This document shows, piece by piece, positions 1 through 11,145 of a stretch of 64,000 nucleotides of DNA (its first letter is position 1; each line of letters starts with the position of its first letter). This DNA is from an uncultured Rivularia sp. (GTDB taxonomy: Bacteria > Cyanobacteriota > Cyanobacteriia > Cyanobacteriales > Nostocaceae): positions 5,248,001 to 5,312,000 of the forward strand of contig OY762007.1 in NCBI GenBank assembly GCA_963665115.1. The letters are read 5' to 3'. The notes under the pieces were generated by a model. It saw nothing but the letters and a program-made list of their open reading frames with translations, was not told the DNA's origin and did not search any database. The translations under genes and the position numbers were made by a program.

Positions 1-1
1 T

Positions 2-652
2 CGTCGCATCAACCGCGAACTAAATAAACTATTAGTAGCACGCGGTATACCCACAGAAGCCATCAATCAAATTGTTCTTAGCGGTGGAGTCTCATCCATA
101 AGCGCAATTAGCCGTTGGCTACAGCAAAAACTTCCCAGCGCCAAAATTATTCAAGAAAAGTATCTTGGAGAAAACGGCACTCCCGCAACTTCTCGCGTTG
201 CAAATGGATTATGCGTTTTACCCCTGCATCCTTTAGTCTTAGAAATACCCAGACAGCAATACACCGATTATTTCTTATTTACCGAATTACTGCGACTAAT
301 ACCAGAAAAAGCCACCACCTTTGGTGAAATAATCCAGCTATTTGAATCCCGTGGTATCAACACTCGCACCTGTCAGCAACGTTTATTAGCCTTTTTAGAA
401 GGAGAAATACCACCTGGTTTAGTGCCAAGCAGCCAAGATATGCAGTGGCTAAACCAAAGTTCCACCCAAAACTCCAACTACAAATCAATTAGCGCATCGC
501 CATTATTCGACAAACAAGGAAGTCTTTCCTACCGTCCCAATTTGCGACAATTGCAGCATTTACGCGATTATCTTGACGCAATCAAAGCCAGCGCCCATCA
601 GTCTTTAGAAGAACCCTATACCGTTAACTTTGCCGTTGGAGTGAGTGAGTAG
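2..652 (+). CDS. 3' part of a conserved cyanobacterial protein with actin/Hsp70-like ATPase fold (5' truncated by window)
   Basis: Frame 2 is open from base 2 to TAG at 650-652 (RRINRELNKLL...IVLSGGVSSI...EEPYTVNFAVGVSE). The ORF track 422..652 is only its tail. The LSGG motif resembles the adenosine motif of actin-like ATPases. Confidence 0.6.
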   Translation, partial: RRINRELNKLLVARGIPTEAINQIVLSGGVSSISAISRWLQQKLPSAKIIQEKYLGENGTPATSRVANGLCVLPLHPLVLEIPRQQYTDYFLFTELLRLIPEKATTFGEIIQLFESRGINTRTCQQRLLAFLEGEIPPGLVPSSQDMQWLNQSSTQNSNYKSISASPLFDKQGSLSYRPNLRQLQHLRDYLDAIKASAHQSLEEPYTVNFAVGVSE

Positions 653-683
653 GGGATGGGGAGACAAGGGGACATGATTAAAG

Positions 684-850
684 TAGTGAGTAGTGAGTAA
701 TGAGTAATGAGTAACAAGTCGCGAGTAAAAATAGACGGGCAGAAGTAGCGACATTTATGACAATAATGAAAAAGTGATTCACTTGCTAATCTCTACTCCC
801 TACTCCTAACTCCTAACTATTGCCAATTACCCATGCCCCATGCCCAATTC
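684..850. repeat. STRR-type heptamer tandem repeats (TAGTGAG/TAATGAG, ACTCCTA, CCCCATG)
   Basis: Several short arrays of 7-mers are visible in the intergenic DNA. Confidence 0.75.
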
Positions 851-1020
851 CCAACTGCCTACATATTTTGTACACAAAAATTATAAAAAATACGTAAATT
901 TTATAATCATGGGATGTGATTAGAAGATTGTGTAAATTTGAAGTCTTTGCTTCCTGTCACGCAACCTTTTTGTCTATATTAGCACTGGGAACTGTTGTAA
1001 TTAAGTAATAGCACTGAAAA

Positions 1021-1725
1021 ATGGTCTTCAATGTTACTTCCGCACCAAAACGTGCTAAGAATCGGGACTTAATTTTAATGAGTCCACCTGAATCATTTAA
1101 TTTGAGTTACCAATTGACTCATCCTTCACAAGTAAGTATCGCGAAAAGATTGATTGACATAGTAGGAGCTATTGTTGGATTGATGATAACTGCTGCGATC
1201 GCGATTCCAGTAGCAATTGTCAGTTTGTTAGATAATCCCGGTTCCGTTTTTTACAGTCAAATTCGCTGCGGTCATAATGGAAGGGCTTTCCGTATATGGA
1301 AATTTCGTTCCATGATTAAAGATGCCGATCAACTCAAGCATTTGGTAAAGAACGAAGCCAGCGGCCATATATTTAAATGTGCGGAAGATCCACGTATCAC
1401 CAAAGTAGGTAAATTTTTGCGTCGTACCAGTTTAGATGAACTACCTCAATTCTGGAACGTACTCAAAGGGGAAATGAGTTTGGTTGGAACTCGTCCACCA
1501 ACTCCCGATGAGGTAATGCAATATCAACCGCATCATTGGGAAAGGTTGCGAGTCAAGCCCGGAATTACCGGAGAATGGCAAGCTAACGGACGTTCCAGCA
1601 TCAAAGATTTTGAAGATATAGTCAAAATGGATTTAGATTATCAGCGTAAATGGTCTATATCTTACGATTTGTTTTTGATATTTAAAACAATTTGGGTAGT
1701 ATTTAATAAAAGTGGTGCTTGTTAG
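1021..1725 (+). CDS. Priming sugar transferase (bacterial sugar transferase, WcaJ/WbaP C-terminal family)
   Basis: KRLIDI + TM helix, KFRSM, DPRITKVG, SLDELPQFWNVLKGEMSLVGTRP and KPGITG motifs. Confidence 0.92.
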   Translation: MVFNVTSAPKRAKNRDLILMSPPESFNLSYQLTHPSQVSIAKRLIDIVGAIVGLMITAAIAIPVAIVSLLDNPGSVFYSQIRCGHNGRAFRIWKFRSMIKDADQLKHLVKNEASGHIFKCAEDPRITKVGKFLRRTSLDELPQFWNVLKGEMSLVGTRPPTPDEVMQYQPHHWERLRVKPGITGEWQANGRSSIKDFEDIVKMDLDYQRKWSISYDLFLIFKTIWVVFNKSGAC

Positions 1726-1958
1726 ATTAGTTCGTGTATTGATGGTTGTAATTTATTTTTGACTTTGACAAAAAAATAGTTGCTGTAAGTTTTGTTAGTA
1801 ACGGGAACGATAAAAATATAAATATTCAGGGCTTTACTACTTTCTATGAAATTTTGCTTAAATTTGACCCTCTAGTCTCCTTAATTATTAGGAAGATTAG
1901 GGGGTTTAAACTTGTTTGTGAGAAAACGTTTTTTGTATTGTAATTCCAATTAATTTCC

Positions 1959-2039
1959 GTAGTGCGTTAGCGCAGCGTGTCCGACAGGACATACATCTTG
2001 CTCGCTGGTTGTAACGAGGGAGCGAGACGCTCCCACTAC
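1959..2039. repeat. GTAG-type REP-like palindromic element carrying a 26-nt SDR-like insertion
   Basis: GTAGTGCG...CACTAC ends. The inserted TTAGCGCAGCGTGTCCGACAGGACAT (1967-1992) is absent from the copy at 13627. Confidence 0.7.
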
Positions 2040-2107
2040 ATTTTTATTATCCAGCAAAATTAATGTGGCGAACCACTAAGTATTCCACCAGATTAAATTT
2101 ACCTTTT

Positions 2108-2214
2108 TACAGCACTTTGCAGATGAATGAGGTACAAAGCTATATTCTAAAAGTCTTGTGGGATGGGCATCCCTGCCCGTCCGAATGTACTTCACCAAAG
2201 TCAAATATGCTGTA
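2108..2214. mobile_element. MITE with TACAGCA/TGCTGTA termini and an internal REP-like hairpin
   Basis: Imperfect TIRs TACAGCA...GAGGTACA / TGTACTTC...TGCTGTA, TA at both ends, internal GGATGGGCATCCCTGCCCGTCC hairpin. Confidence 0.65.
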
Positions 2215-2785
2215 ACCCAGTTTCCGTACAAATGCTCCCTAACTTCTTATCCCAAGCTTCTACAGGTACTTGAGGTAAATAAGCGTTGGCAAACACAATA
2301 CCGATTGTTGGAATTGATTCCCATTCTGGAGAACCTAACAAACGGTCATAATATCCCCCACCGTAACCCAAACGATAGCTTTGATAGTCACAAGCAACGC
2401 AAGGAACTAGAATTAAATCGACTTGAGAAGGATTAATTATTGGTGCATCGGGATATGGCTCGCGAATTCCGTATTTACCAGCGATCAATTTATCTTCAGG
2501 TGTCCAAAGATGCCAAATCAAGGATTTATCGACACAGCGAGGAAATCCCCAATTTTTCGTATTTTTAAACGTATTGTCGGAAAATAAATAACTTAAATCG
2601 GGTTCTTGCCGAAAGCTAAAATAAGCAAGTACCGTTTTAGCATTGGTAAATAAACTTGAATTAGAAAGATTTGTACAAATAGCTTGACTTTTTCCCCGCC
2701 ATTCATTTTGTGCAAGAGATTGACGTTGTTTAATAAGATTGCGACGTAATTCTGCTTTTTCTAATTGATTTTTTGTAGAGTTCAT
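2201..2785 (-). CDS. 5-formyltetrahydrofolate cyclo-ligase
   Basis: KAELRR N-terminus, DLILVP and RLGYGGGYYDRLL motifs. Start placed at MNSTKNQLEK (2785) rather than the track's 2905. Confidence 0.92.
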   Translation of the reverse strand: MNSTKNQLEKAELRRNLIKQRQSLAQNEWRGKSQAICTNLSNSSLFTNAKTVLAYFSFRQEPDLSYLFSDNTFKNTKNWGFPRCVDKSLIWHLWTPEDKLIAGKYGIREPYPDAPIINPSQVDLILVPCVACDYQSYRLGYGGGYYDRLLGSPEWESIPTIGIVFANAYLPQVPVEAWDKKLGSICTETGLQHI

Positions 2786-2874
2786 GATTTTCTTAAGAAA
2801 CTGATTTGTCGAAGCTTTGAAAAATTTTATAGTATAAAAAAGTTGCTTTTTGCTTTTAATATTTAAAGTTGAAT

Positions 2875-3804
2875 ATGAATAATAACTCATTACAGACCCT
2901 TTCAATAGATTTTAATCAAGAAAAAGAAGAAGGATATAAAAGAATTTTTAAACGCTCTCCACTTTTTTCTAGTCAATCTGTTGGCTGGGATAACCTGGGG
3001 ATTATTTACGATAGACAACCTCCAATCGAATTACCAAAAACTTCTCTCAAGCAGCATTGTATTGGAATTTTGACCGATATCCCATCAACCATTCAAACAG
3101 ACAGAACAATTGATGGACGTTTCGTAGAAGAACATAATGTCCAAGGAGATTTGATTATTGTTCCTGCTAACACAACTCATCAAGCAGCATGGTATAGCGA
3201 AGGTAGTTCGGTTGCAATAGTGATTGATCCTACGGTTTTTGCTCAAACTATTTACGAAGTAGTCGATCCAGATAAAGTAGAACTTTTACCGCAATTTGCA
3301 ACTTCCGATCCATTTGTTTATCAAATCGGAGTAGCGCTGAAATCGGCTTTAACCAAAAACGGTTACACCAGTCGTCTTTATGCAGAAACTTTAATTAATG
3401 CGCTTATCCTTCATTTATTAGAGCATTATTCGACTACTCGTATAAATTCTTTTGAACCGATAGCGGGAACATTACCTCAATATAAATTACAGCAAACAAT
3501 TGATTACATTCATGCTTATCTCGACAGCGATTTAAGTTTAAATAAAATAGCAGCTTCCGTGCAAATGAGTCCTCATTATTTTTCGCGCCTATTTAAAGAA
3601 ACAACGGGATTTACACCACATCAATATGTAATTCGCTGTCGCATCGAACGAGCTAAAGATTTATTGAAACAAGGAAAATTATCCATTGCTGAAGTAGCCA
3701 AAGAAGTCGGTTTTGTAGATCAAAGTCATCTAAATCGATATTTTAAACGTCAGGTAGGAATTACTCCGAAAAACTTTTTACAACAGTATAATAAATCAAT
3801 TTGA
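2875..3804 (+). CDS. AraC family transcriptional regulator
   Basis: C-terminal double HTH (MSPHYFSRLFKETTGFTPHQYV...IAEVAKEVGFVDQSHLNRYFKRQVGITP). Confidence 0.93.
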   Translation: MNNNSLQTLSIDFNQEKEEGYKRIFKRSPLFSSQSVGWDNLGIIYDRQPPIELPKTSLKQHCIGILTDIPSTIQTDRTIDGRFVEEHNVQGDLIIVPANTTHQAAWYSEGSSVAIVIDPTVFAQTIYEVVDPDKVELLPQFATSDPFVYQIGVALKSALTKNGYTSRLYAETLINALILHLLEHYSTTRINSFEPIAGTLPQYKLQQTIDYIHAYLDSDLSLNKIAASVQMSPHYFSRLFKETTGFTPHQYVIRCRIERAKDLLKQGKLSIAEVAKEVGFVDQSHLNRYFKRQVGITPKNFLQQYNKSI

Positions 3805-3948
3805 ATAGGGAAATTGACGCTAAAAAAATTAGAATAAACCTATCCCCCAACCCCTTTGCTTTAAGAAAAAGGGATCGATAATCAAAGCTTCTCTCCTGCA
3901 AAAAGAGAGGTTTGGAGAGATGTCAATTTTAGTTTTATATAAGAAATA

Positions 3949-3982
3949 GCAAGAATATCCAAAAATCGGAAGAATTTACAAG
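3949..3982 (+). promoter_or_regulatory. Candidate AraC operator (imperfect direct repeat GCAAGAAT/GGAAGAAT)
   Basis: Direct repeat with a 19-nt period between the AraC gene and the Rieske gene. Function is inferred from position only. Confidence 0.35.
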
Positions 3983-4046
3983 CTAATTACTCACCGAATT
4001 TTCAATACTGATTATTAGCAAAGTAATTCATAGAGCATTAGAAATA

Positions 4047-5036
4047 ATGAAAATTGAAACCAAAACCCAAATGTTAGAAGGTGCGCCTTGGTTGTTAGCG
4101 CATAAATCGATGCTCAAAATAAATAAACCACACAAAATTTCTCTTTATGGCAAAGACTATGTGATGTGGAAAGATAGCAAAGGCAATATTCAAGCTCTAC
4201 CGAATATTTGTCCTCATATGGGAGCCATGTTATCGGAAGGTTGGTGTGAAGCGAAACCGGATGATAAAAGTGAAGTTGTTTGTCCGTTTCATGCTCTGAA
4301 ATTTGACAGAGATGGCTGTACCGTTTTACCGGGAACAGATAAAAAGACATTGCCACAAATGCAGCCTTTAGAGCTAATTGTTCGAGATGATTTTATTTGG
4401 AGTTATGGGGATTATCAACCTCATGTTCCCATCCCCGATATTTTAGAAAAAATCTCTCAAAAATACGAATTTATTGGTTATACGGCAGATACTAGCGTTA
4501 AAACAGATTTGAAATCGATGCTATTAAATATGCACGATTACAATCATCAAAATGGTACCCACCGAGATTTATTTGAAATTACCGAAGTCAGGTTTGAAAA
4601 GTTTATCGACAATGGCTATCATTCCGAGGCTTTTTTCAATGCTCCTACCGCACCTAAAACTTTCTGGGAAAAGCTCAAGCAACCCAAGCAATTTTTACTT
4701 CCTGAAGTTATCGAAGCTCATTTAGAAAACTATTTTCCATCATTAGTTATTTTTCATGGTAATAACTCTTTTGGAAAACTTGCTCAATGCCATCTATTTG
4801 TTCCAGAATCGTCAACGAAAACTCGAACCTATATCCTGTTGTTTGCGGAATTAAATAATCCTTTAGCCAAATTGTTAAAAAACCAATTTTTAGGATTAAG
4901 TAAAACAGTAGTAGAACAAGATACAAATATTTTAAATAAGATTTATCCCAATGCACCGCAAAAAATCAAGTTAAATAATGAAGTTGGGATGGATTGGGTG
5001 AAACATAACTTTAATACTTGGAAAAAACCAATATAA
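4047..5036 (+). CDS. Rieske non-heme iron oxygenase (VanA/aromatic ring-hydroxylating-like)
   Basis: Rieske ligands CPH...CPFH, mononuclear Fe motif NMHDYNHQNGTH and distal EQD. Confidence 0.88.
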   Translation: MKIETKTQMLEGAPWLLAHKSMLKINKPHKISLYGKDYVMWKDSKGNIQALPNICPHMGAMLSEGWCEAKPDDKSEVVCPFHALKFDRDGCTVLPGTDKKTLPQMQPLELIVRDDFIWSYGDYQPHVPIPDILEKISQKYEFIGYTADTSVKTDLKSMLLNMHDYNHQNGTHRDLFEITEVRFEKFIDNGYHSEAFFNAPTAPKTFWEKLKQPKQFLLPEVIEAHLENYFPSLVIFHGNNSFGKLAQCHLFVPESSTKTRTYILLFAELNNPLAKLLKNQFLGLSKTVVEQDTNILNKIYPNAPQKIKLNNEVGMDWVKHNFNTWKKPI

Positions 5037-5130
5037 AATTTGCTAGCTACGCTTTAAATTATGAATCTGAGGTTTGTCTCAAATTAGATTCTTGAATACA
5101 GCTTTGATATGTCATTCTACATATTTCCAC

Positions 5131-5159
5131 AAACCCGGTTTTTCTAAAAAACCGGGTTT
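5131..5159. repeat. Inverted repeat AAACCCGGTTTTT-CTA-AAAAACCGGGTTT (cyanobacterial palindromic repeat/terminator-like)
   Basis: Perfect 13-bp stem. Confidence 0.6.
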
Positions 5160-5207
5160 CTCAATTCTCAACTTGCATTTATAATTCTAATTTTACTAGT
5201 CAAAATA

Positions 5208-5621
5208 ATGAATCAAAGCTATATCGAATATGAACAGACGCGCAATATCTCTATCGATGACATTTTAAATCTTTATAACGCTAATAATTGGTCGTCAGCA
5301 AAGAAATCCAACGAATTATACAATGCTCTGATGAATTCCCACTCACTCGTAACAGCTTGGGATAAAGAGAAACTAGTCGGCTTAGTAAATTCAATTACCG
5401 ACGGTTATTTGGTTGTTTACTACCCGCATTTATTAGTTTTGCCGAAATACCAAAAACAAGGCATCGGCTTAAATTTATTAAAAATAATTACTCAAAAATA
5501 TCAAGACTTTCACCAACAGATATTAGTCGCAGAAGCTGAAACCGTTGATTTTTATCATAAATGTGGTTTTCGCAAAGCAGGTGATACCCAAGCAATGTGG
5601 ATTTATCATGGCGAAAATTAA
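5208..5621 (+). CDS. GNAT family N-acetyltransferase
   Basis: LLVLPKYQKQGIG acetyl-CoA motif and FYHKCGF. Confidence 0.88.
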   Translation: MNQSYIEYEQTRNISIDDILNLYNANNWSSAKKSNELYNALMNSHSLVTAWDKEKLVGLVNSITDGYLVVYYPHLLVLPKYQKQGIGLNLLKIITQKYQDFHQQILVAEAETVDFYHKCGFRKAGDTQAMWIYHGEN

Positions 5622-5626
5622 ATTAT

Positions 5627-5650
5627 CCCTCTCCTTAATAAGGAGAGGGA
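5627..5650. terminator. Hairpin between the convergent GNAT and fcl genes
   Basis: CCCTCTCCTTA-A-TAAGGAGAGGG inverted repeat. Confidence 0.55.
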
Positions 5651-5672
5651 AAAGGGTGAGATTCTTTAATAT

Positions 5673-6629
5673 CTACGCTACAGGTTGAGCGGCATTTTCG
5701 CGCCACCATTTAACAGTATTTTTCAAACCTTCTTTGAATCCTATTTGAGCGGTGAAATCAAATTCTTTCTTTGCTCTTTCGGTATCCAAACAGCGACGGG
5801 GTTGTCCATTTGGCTTGTCGGTTTGCCATACGATTTCACCGTCAAATTCCATCACTTCGCAAATTGTAGTAATCAAGTCGCGAATAGAAATTTCAGAACC
5901 AGTTCCTAAATTAACTGGCTCCGCGCCATTGTAAGATTGAGTACCCATGACAATACCCCGCGCTGCATCTTCGGAATACAAAAATTCGCGGGTTGGGCTG
6001 CCATCACCCCAAACGGGAATCTGTTTTTCTCCCTTATCTTGGGCTTCCTGAACTTTACGAATTAATGCCGGGATGACGTGAGAACTTTTAGGATCGAAGT
6101 TATCTTCCGGACCATATAAGTTTACTGGTAGTAAATATATTCCGTTAAAACCGTACTGCTGGCGATAAGCCTGTAATTGCACTAGCAGAGCTTTTTTAGC
6201 AATCCCGTAAGGTGCATTGGTTATTTCTGGGTAGCCATTCCAGAGGTCATCTTCTTTAAATGGTACGGGAGTAAGATTAGGATAAGCGCAGATAGTGCCG
6301 ACACAAGTAAATTTCTCCACACCAGCTTCATAAGCAGCATGAATCAACTGGGTTCCCATCATCAAGTTGTCATAGAATAACTCGGCAGGTTTTTCACGAT
6401 TAAGACCGATACCGCCAACGTGTGCCGCTAAGTGAACTACAATATCTTGACGATCAACCGCACGCTTGCAGTTTTCCATCACGCACAAATCGTAATCTCT
6501 AGAACGAGGTACGGTAATTTTACCGCTATCTGCACCTGCTTTGATAAGTTTGTCTACTACTTGACGACCTAAAAAACCTGCTCCGCCCGTTACCAGAATT
6601 CTTTTATTCTTTAAGTCTAATGCGCTCAT
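5673..6629 (-). CDS. fcl: GDP-L-fucose synthase
   Basis: [30 protein letters not shown] and DKPNGQPRR motifs. Lies directly downstream of gmd. Confidence 0.95.
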   Translation of the reverse strand: MSALDLKNKRILVTGGAGFLGRQVVDKLIKAGADSGKITVPRSRDYDLCVMENCKRAVDRQDIVVHLAAHVGGIGLNREKPAELFYDNLMMGTQLIHAAYEAGVEKFTCVGTICAYPNLTPVPFKEDDLWNGYPEITNAPYGIAKKALLVQLQAYRQQYGFNGIYLLPVNLYGPEDNFDPKSSHVIPALIRKVQEAQDKGEKQIPVWGDGSPTREFLYSEDAARGIVMGTQSYNGAEPVNLGTGSEISIRDLITTICEVMEFDGEIVWQTDKPNGQPRRCLDTERAKKEFDFTAQIGFKEGLKNTVKWWRENAAQPVA

Positions 6630-6726
6630 ATTTTCTTTTCGTCCTCGGGGGTATTAAAAGTATTAGGCAATCAAAATAATTTAGCCAGCTTTTCTTTAAT
6701 AGAAGATAATCGCTGGCTCTAGAAAT

Positions 6727-7806
6727 TTACATATGTAGTGCGCCTAATTCCTGGCGAATCATCGCATTGTCTTTAATTGCTGAAGCTACTTTATCACCGG
6801 GAGAAGTTAAACCTAAAGCCTGTAAATCTGCCTCTACCATTAAAGCAACGAGTTGTTCAAATGTTACAGATGGAGTCCAACCCAACTGCGTTCTAGCTTT
6901 AGTAGAATCTCCAATCAACAAGTCTACTTCCGCAGGACGTAAATAACGCTTGTCAAATTCTACATACTCTTGCCAATCAAGATTTACGTAGCTAAATGCT
7001 AACTCCAAAAACTCGCGTACAGAATGAGTTTCGTTTGTCGCAATTACATAATCATCGGGCTGTTCTTGCTGCAACATCATCCACATTGCCCGCACGTAAT
7101 CTTTTGCGTAACCCCAGTCTCTCTTGGAGTCTAGATTACCCATGTAAATGTTCTTCTGCTTACCAGCAACAATACGAGCAACCGCTCTAGTAATTTTGCG
7201 AGTTACGAAAGTTTCACCGCGACGAGGTGATTCGTGGTTAAACAAAATACCATTACACGCGAACATATCGTAAGATTCGCGGTAGTTAACAGTTTGCCAA
7301 TGGCCGTAAACTTTCGCACAAGCATAAGGGCTACGTGGGTAAAAAGGAGTTGTTTCCTTTTGTGGTACCGCCTGTACCAAGCCAAACATTTCTGAAGAAC
7401 CAGCTTGATAGAAGCGCATTTCAATACCAGTACGCTGCTGATAGTCGCGGATTGCTTCTAATATGCGTAAAGTTCCCATTCCTACAGCATCCACCGTGTA
7501 TTCAGGTGAATCAAAACTTACCCGTACATGGGATTGAGCGCCCAAGTTATAGATTTCTACAGGCTTGACCTCTTCAATAATCCGGCGTAGCGTCGTACCA
7601 TCGGTTAAGTCACCGTAATGAAGAAATAACTTTACTCCTTCTCTATGAGGATCTTCATATATATGGTCGATACGATCTGTATTAAATGTAGAAGTACGGC
7701 GAATAATACCGTGTACTTCATAACCTTGGTCTAATAAAAATTCACTTAGATAAGAACCGTCTTGTCCGGTAATACCAGTAATCAACGCTCGCTTTTGTTG
7801 GGTCAT
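6727..7806 (-). CDS. gmd: GDP-mannose 4,6-dehydratase
   Basis: [29 protein letters not shown] and [17 protein letters not shown] motifs. Confidence 0.97.
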   Translation of the reverse strand: MTQQKRALITGITGQDGSYLSEFLLDQGYEVHGIIRRTSTFNTDRIDHIYEDPHREGVKLFLHYGDLTDGTTLRRIIEEVKPVEIYNLGAQSHVRVSFDSPEYTVDAVGMGTLRILEAIRDYQQRTGIEMRFYQAGSSEMFGLVQAVPQKETTPFYPRSPYACAKVYGHWQTVNYRESYDMFACNGILFNHESPRRGETFVTRKITRAVARIVAGKQKNIYMGNLDSKRDWGYAKDYVRAMWMMLQQEQPDDYVIATNETHSVREFLELAFSYVNLDWQEYVEFDKRYLRPAEVDLLIGDSTKARTQLGWTPSVTFEQLVALMVEADLQALGLTSPGDKVASAIKDNAMIRQELGALHM

Positions 7807-8452
7807 TCTCTCTATCCCTAATATTTTTTAATGAAATTAATACATGTAGCCCGGATATAAGTTAACAGGAATACACTTACCGTTCCAATGGGAAACCTAC
7901 GAGTTTTATTTCAGTAATATCTCGAATACCTAAGTAAATATGCTGACCCATCCCTTTCTAGGGTAAACCTCTCAAACGGTAACGAGAGATTGATTATGTT
8001 TCCAGTATATTTTTTCAATCTTCATAAATGCTTTATATATTTAATAGCTTTATAAAGATTAAATTATTTTTTTAGAAATGATTTTAAGTAGACATTTTTG
8101 TCAAATTCACCGTACCTTCATATAGGATGTCCGATTAGTGTGCCTAAGTACAATATAAGCAAAATATTATCTTAAAAAGCTATATTTAGTTTTCGCTCAA
8201 GTGTAAATAGAAACTGCCTCCAAATACCGATTTCATGAGAGGAAATCAAGCACTAAGTAGTAATTGTCTAAAAGTATTATTTGTAACGGACTAGCTGCAT
8301 TTATTCAGGTTAATATAGTAGCAAGTAAGCAAATTAAATCATCTTTTAATTGAATAGCTAGCTCTAATACTTCTCATACAAAAGTGAAGAACGGTCACAA
8401 TTAAATAGGGGCAACCAAGCTGCCCCGGAAAACTAAAAATCGGGCATTATTT

Positions 8453-9185
8453 TTAATAAGCTCCGTTATCTGTTGGTATAACAACAACAGCAATTGTTTT
8501 CAAGATAATCCATAAATCTAGCCACAAATTTCTGAACTTTACATAGTACAAATCTATTTGAACTCTCCTTGGATAAGGTATGTCATTGCGTCCAGAAACT
8601 TGCCACAATCCGGTTATTCCCGGTTTGATAGTTAAAATCTGATTGATATGACATCCATATTTTGGTAATTCTTCTGCTACTAAAGGTCGAGGTCCGACAA
8701 CACTCATATCCCCCTTCAGAACATTCCAGAACTGAGGAAATTCATCTAAACTAGTAATTCGTAGAAATCTACCGATAGTAGTAATTCTAGGATCTTTTTT
8801 CAGTTTAAAATTACTGTTCCATTCTTGTTGAAATTGCGGCGATGTTTCCATCATCTGTATCAAAACTTCGTCGGCATTGCTCACCATTGTGCGAAATTTA
8901 ATACAATTAAACCGCCTGTAATTTTTCCCAACTCGTTCCTGAATGTAAAAAATAGGTCCATGCGAGCTTAAAGCTATCAACAAAGCCAGAATTAGATAAA
9001 CAGGGGAAAACAGAATTAGTACTAACAGGGAAAATATTATATCGAACAGTCGCTTAGCTTTCTCTCCGTTTAAAGCTTCTTCATAAAAACCGAGGGGTTT
9101 GAATTTTGGCTTCTGTTTTTTGTAACCGCGTTTAAAGAAAGTACGCGCAATTTTACCGGAGAGGAGTGAGGGTCTGTGCCGTCAT
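8453..9185 (-). CDS. Priming sugar transferase, with an apparent +1 frameshift at 9170-9172
   Basis: KFRTM, DPRIT and SLDEFPQFWNVLKGDMSVVGPRP motifs. Removing one base of GGG at 9170-9172 gives MTAQTSLLSGK...KRLFDIIFSLLVL, in frame with the track ORF. Confidence 0.85.
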
Positions 9186-9296
9186 CATACTCCTTACAAT
9201 CCACACCACACATAGTCCCAATCTTAAAGCTTGTAGAAGCTCTTCAAAGTGCTTGGGAAGCAAATTTACTTTATCGTCTCATTCCTATGTTAAAAA

Positions 9297-10457
9297 TCAA
9301 GTTACTATTTTCCTTTTATTGTTGTTTTCCTCGCACGTATGGACAAAATTTAGATAACGAGAAGCAAACATTTGCTTTGAGAATTGAGCAGCGTGCTTTT
9401 TAGCATATTCTGGATTAAATTTTCCGGCTTTTGCTTCAAAAGTTTCCACCGCTTCGATTAAAGATGCTGGAGTTTGCTTTTGGAAAAATATACCCGTTCC
9501 CGTATCACCGTGTTGACGAATATCTCGCACCGTTTCCAAAGCTCCACCAGCACCATAAGCGATCGCCGGAGTACCGCAAGCCTGTGCTTCGACTAAGGCA
9601 ATACCAAAATCTTCACAAGCAGCATACACAAAACCTCGGGCACTCGCCATATATTTTTTTACCATATCGTCTGGCTGCCATCCTAGTATTTGGATGTTAG
9701 GTTTAGCTATTTTAAGGATTTTATCCATATCGGGTCCGGTGCCAATTATTACTAAAGGTTTTTCTAATTGATTGAAAGCTTTAACAATTAAAGTTACTTG
9801 CTTATAACTTACTAACCGGGAAACAGTTACGTAAAAATCTTCTTTTTGGGATAAAAACGGAAAATCTTCGGTATTTACTGGTGGATATATAATAGCCGCA
9901 TCTCTTCGATAACAGCGCCAAATTCTGCGTGCGGTATGAGCGCTATTGGCAATAAAATAATCAACCCGATTGGCGCTTAAAACATCCCACTGCCTTAAAC
10001 GATGCAGTATGTAGCGCGTTAACCATCCAGCCATACCTCTACCCAGCTTACTTTCTCGGAGATAATCAAAAGTTAAATCCCAAGCATAACGCATCGGACT
10101 GTGGCAGTAACAAATATGCAATTGGTCGGGAGTCGTTAAAATCCCTTTCGCAACGGCGTGTGACGAAGAGAGAATCACATCATGCTGCCGTAAATCTAGT
10201 TGCTCAATAGCCAACGGCAGTAATGGTAAGTACTTTTGGACACCTTTGTTCGCTGCCGGTAAATACTGAAGAAAGGAGGTGCCAATTTGGCGTTTATGTA
10301 GATAACTTTCCGGATTACTAGATTCAAAATCAATGAGAGCATACAATTGGGCATCAATATGATTCAAAATTTCTCGAACTACGAGTTCCGAACCACCTGT
10401 TGCGTCGGGTGTAAGCCACTCATGCACCAAAGCATACTTTGAAGGCACAGCTAACAT
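9297..10457 (-). CDS. Glycosyltransferase family 4 (WbaZ-like)
   Basis: VHEWL..GGSE, YCHSPMRYAWD and EDFGIALVEAQACG (EX7E) motifs. Confidence 0.92.
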   Translation of the reverse strand: MLAVPSKYALVHEWLTPDATGGSELVVREILNHIDAQLYALIDFESSNPESYLHKRQIGTSFLQYLPAANKGVQKYLPLLPLAIEQLDLRQHDVILSSSHAVAKGILTTPDQLHICYCHSPMRYAWDLTFDYLRESKLGRGMAGWLTRYILHRLRQWDVLSANRVDYFIANSAHTARRIWRCYRRDAAIIYPPVNTEDFPFLSQKEDFYVTVSRLVSYKQVTLIVKAFNQLEKPLVIIGTGPDMDKILKIAKPNIQILGWQPDDMVKKYMASARGFVYAACEDFGIALVEAQACGTPAIAYGAGGALETVRDIRQHGDTGTGIFFQKQTPASLIEAVETFEAKAGKFNPEYAKKHAAQFSKQMFASRYLNFVHTCEENNNKRKIVT

Positions 10458-10503
10458 TTAAAGATAAAGAACATTTACATTTGTACAAAATATCCAGATT
10501 CTT

Positions 10504-10620
10504 GCGATACGCGTTCACGTTCATCGTTAGCGAAGCGTGTCCGAAGGACATAGATGTGTTGTTCAGCGGAGCTGCGGCTTAGACATAGTGCGGCTCAACG
10601 TTGCTATAAAGGGCTATCGC
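10504..10620. repeat. Nested SDR-like micro-insertions within a disrupted HIP1-like site
   Basis: GCGAT...ATCGC flanks. Internal modules TTCACG, TTAGCGAAGCGTGTCCGAAGGACAT and GCGGAGCTGCGGCT are shared with the elements at 1959 and 44001. Confidence 0.55.
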
Positions 10621-11145
10621 GATTACTCATGAAGGGCTACATTCGATTGAGGTTGTCTATTCAGCTAACTTTGAGCAGGGGAAGAAGAAATTACATCGGT
10701 AATGCCTTCTCAAAGAAAGTAGTAAAACATTTCAACACAATCCTACGTTGATAGTTAAAGCATACATACACGTATATATGAAGATCGCGATTTAACTAGA
10801 CCGACGTAATTTTCACTTTGCCATCCGCAGCGCTCCTTGTTTTCTCTCAATAATCCAGAATTTTACTTTTTGACAATATTGTGTCCCCTTGCCCGAACAA
10901 GCGCTCTGGGGGAATCACCTTTCGATGCAACGTATATGAGAGCATCAAGTATAAAGTTTTCCAGCTTTTTGAATTAAACGGAAAGTTGATAACCCTTGTG
11001 GTGACGTAATTTCCACAATAAAAGTTCCCTCGTAGTTACCGCTTTACTGATAATCTCAAATAAGGATATCGAAGAAATAGTTTATATTTTCGGTTCTTTA
11101 TTCTCAAATATTGTGCGAACAAATAGCAGATATAGCAGGGGTTCT

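Noticed and set aside
1195..1202. Abundant GCGATCGC octamers as a novel repeat
   Set aside because: This is the well-known cyanobacterial HIP1 sequence. It was used only as taxonomic evidence.
2786..2905. Overlapping head-to-head 5' extensions of the cyclo-ligase and AraC ORFs
   Set aside because: Artefact of longest-ORF start calling. The plausible ATG starts (2785 and 2875) do not overlap.
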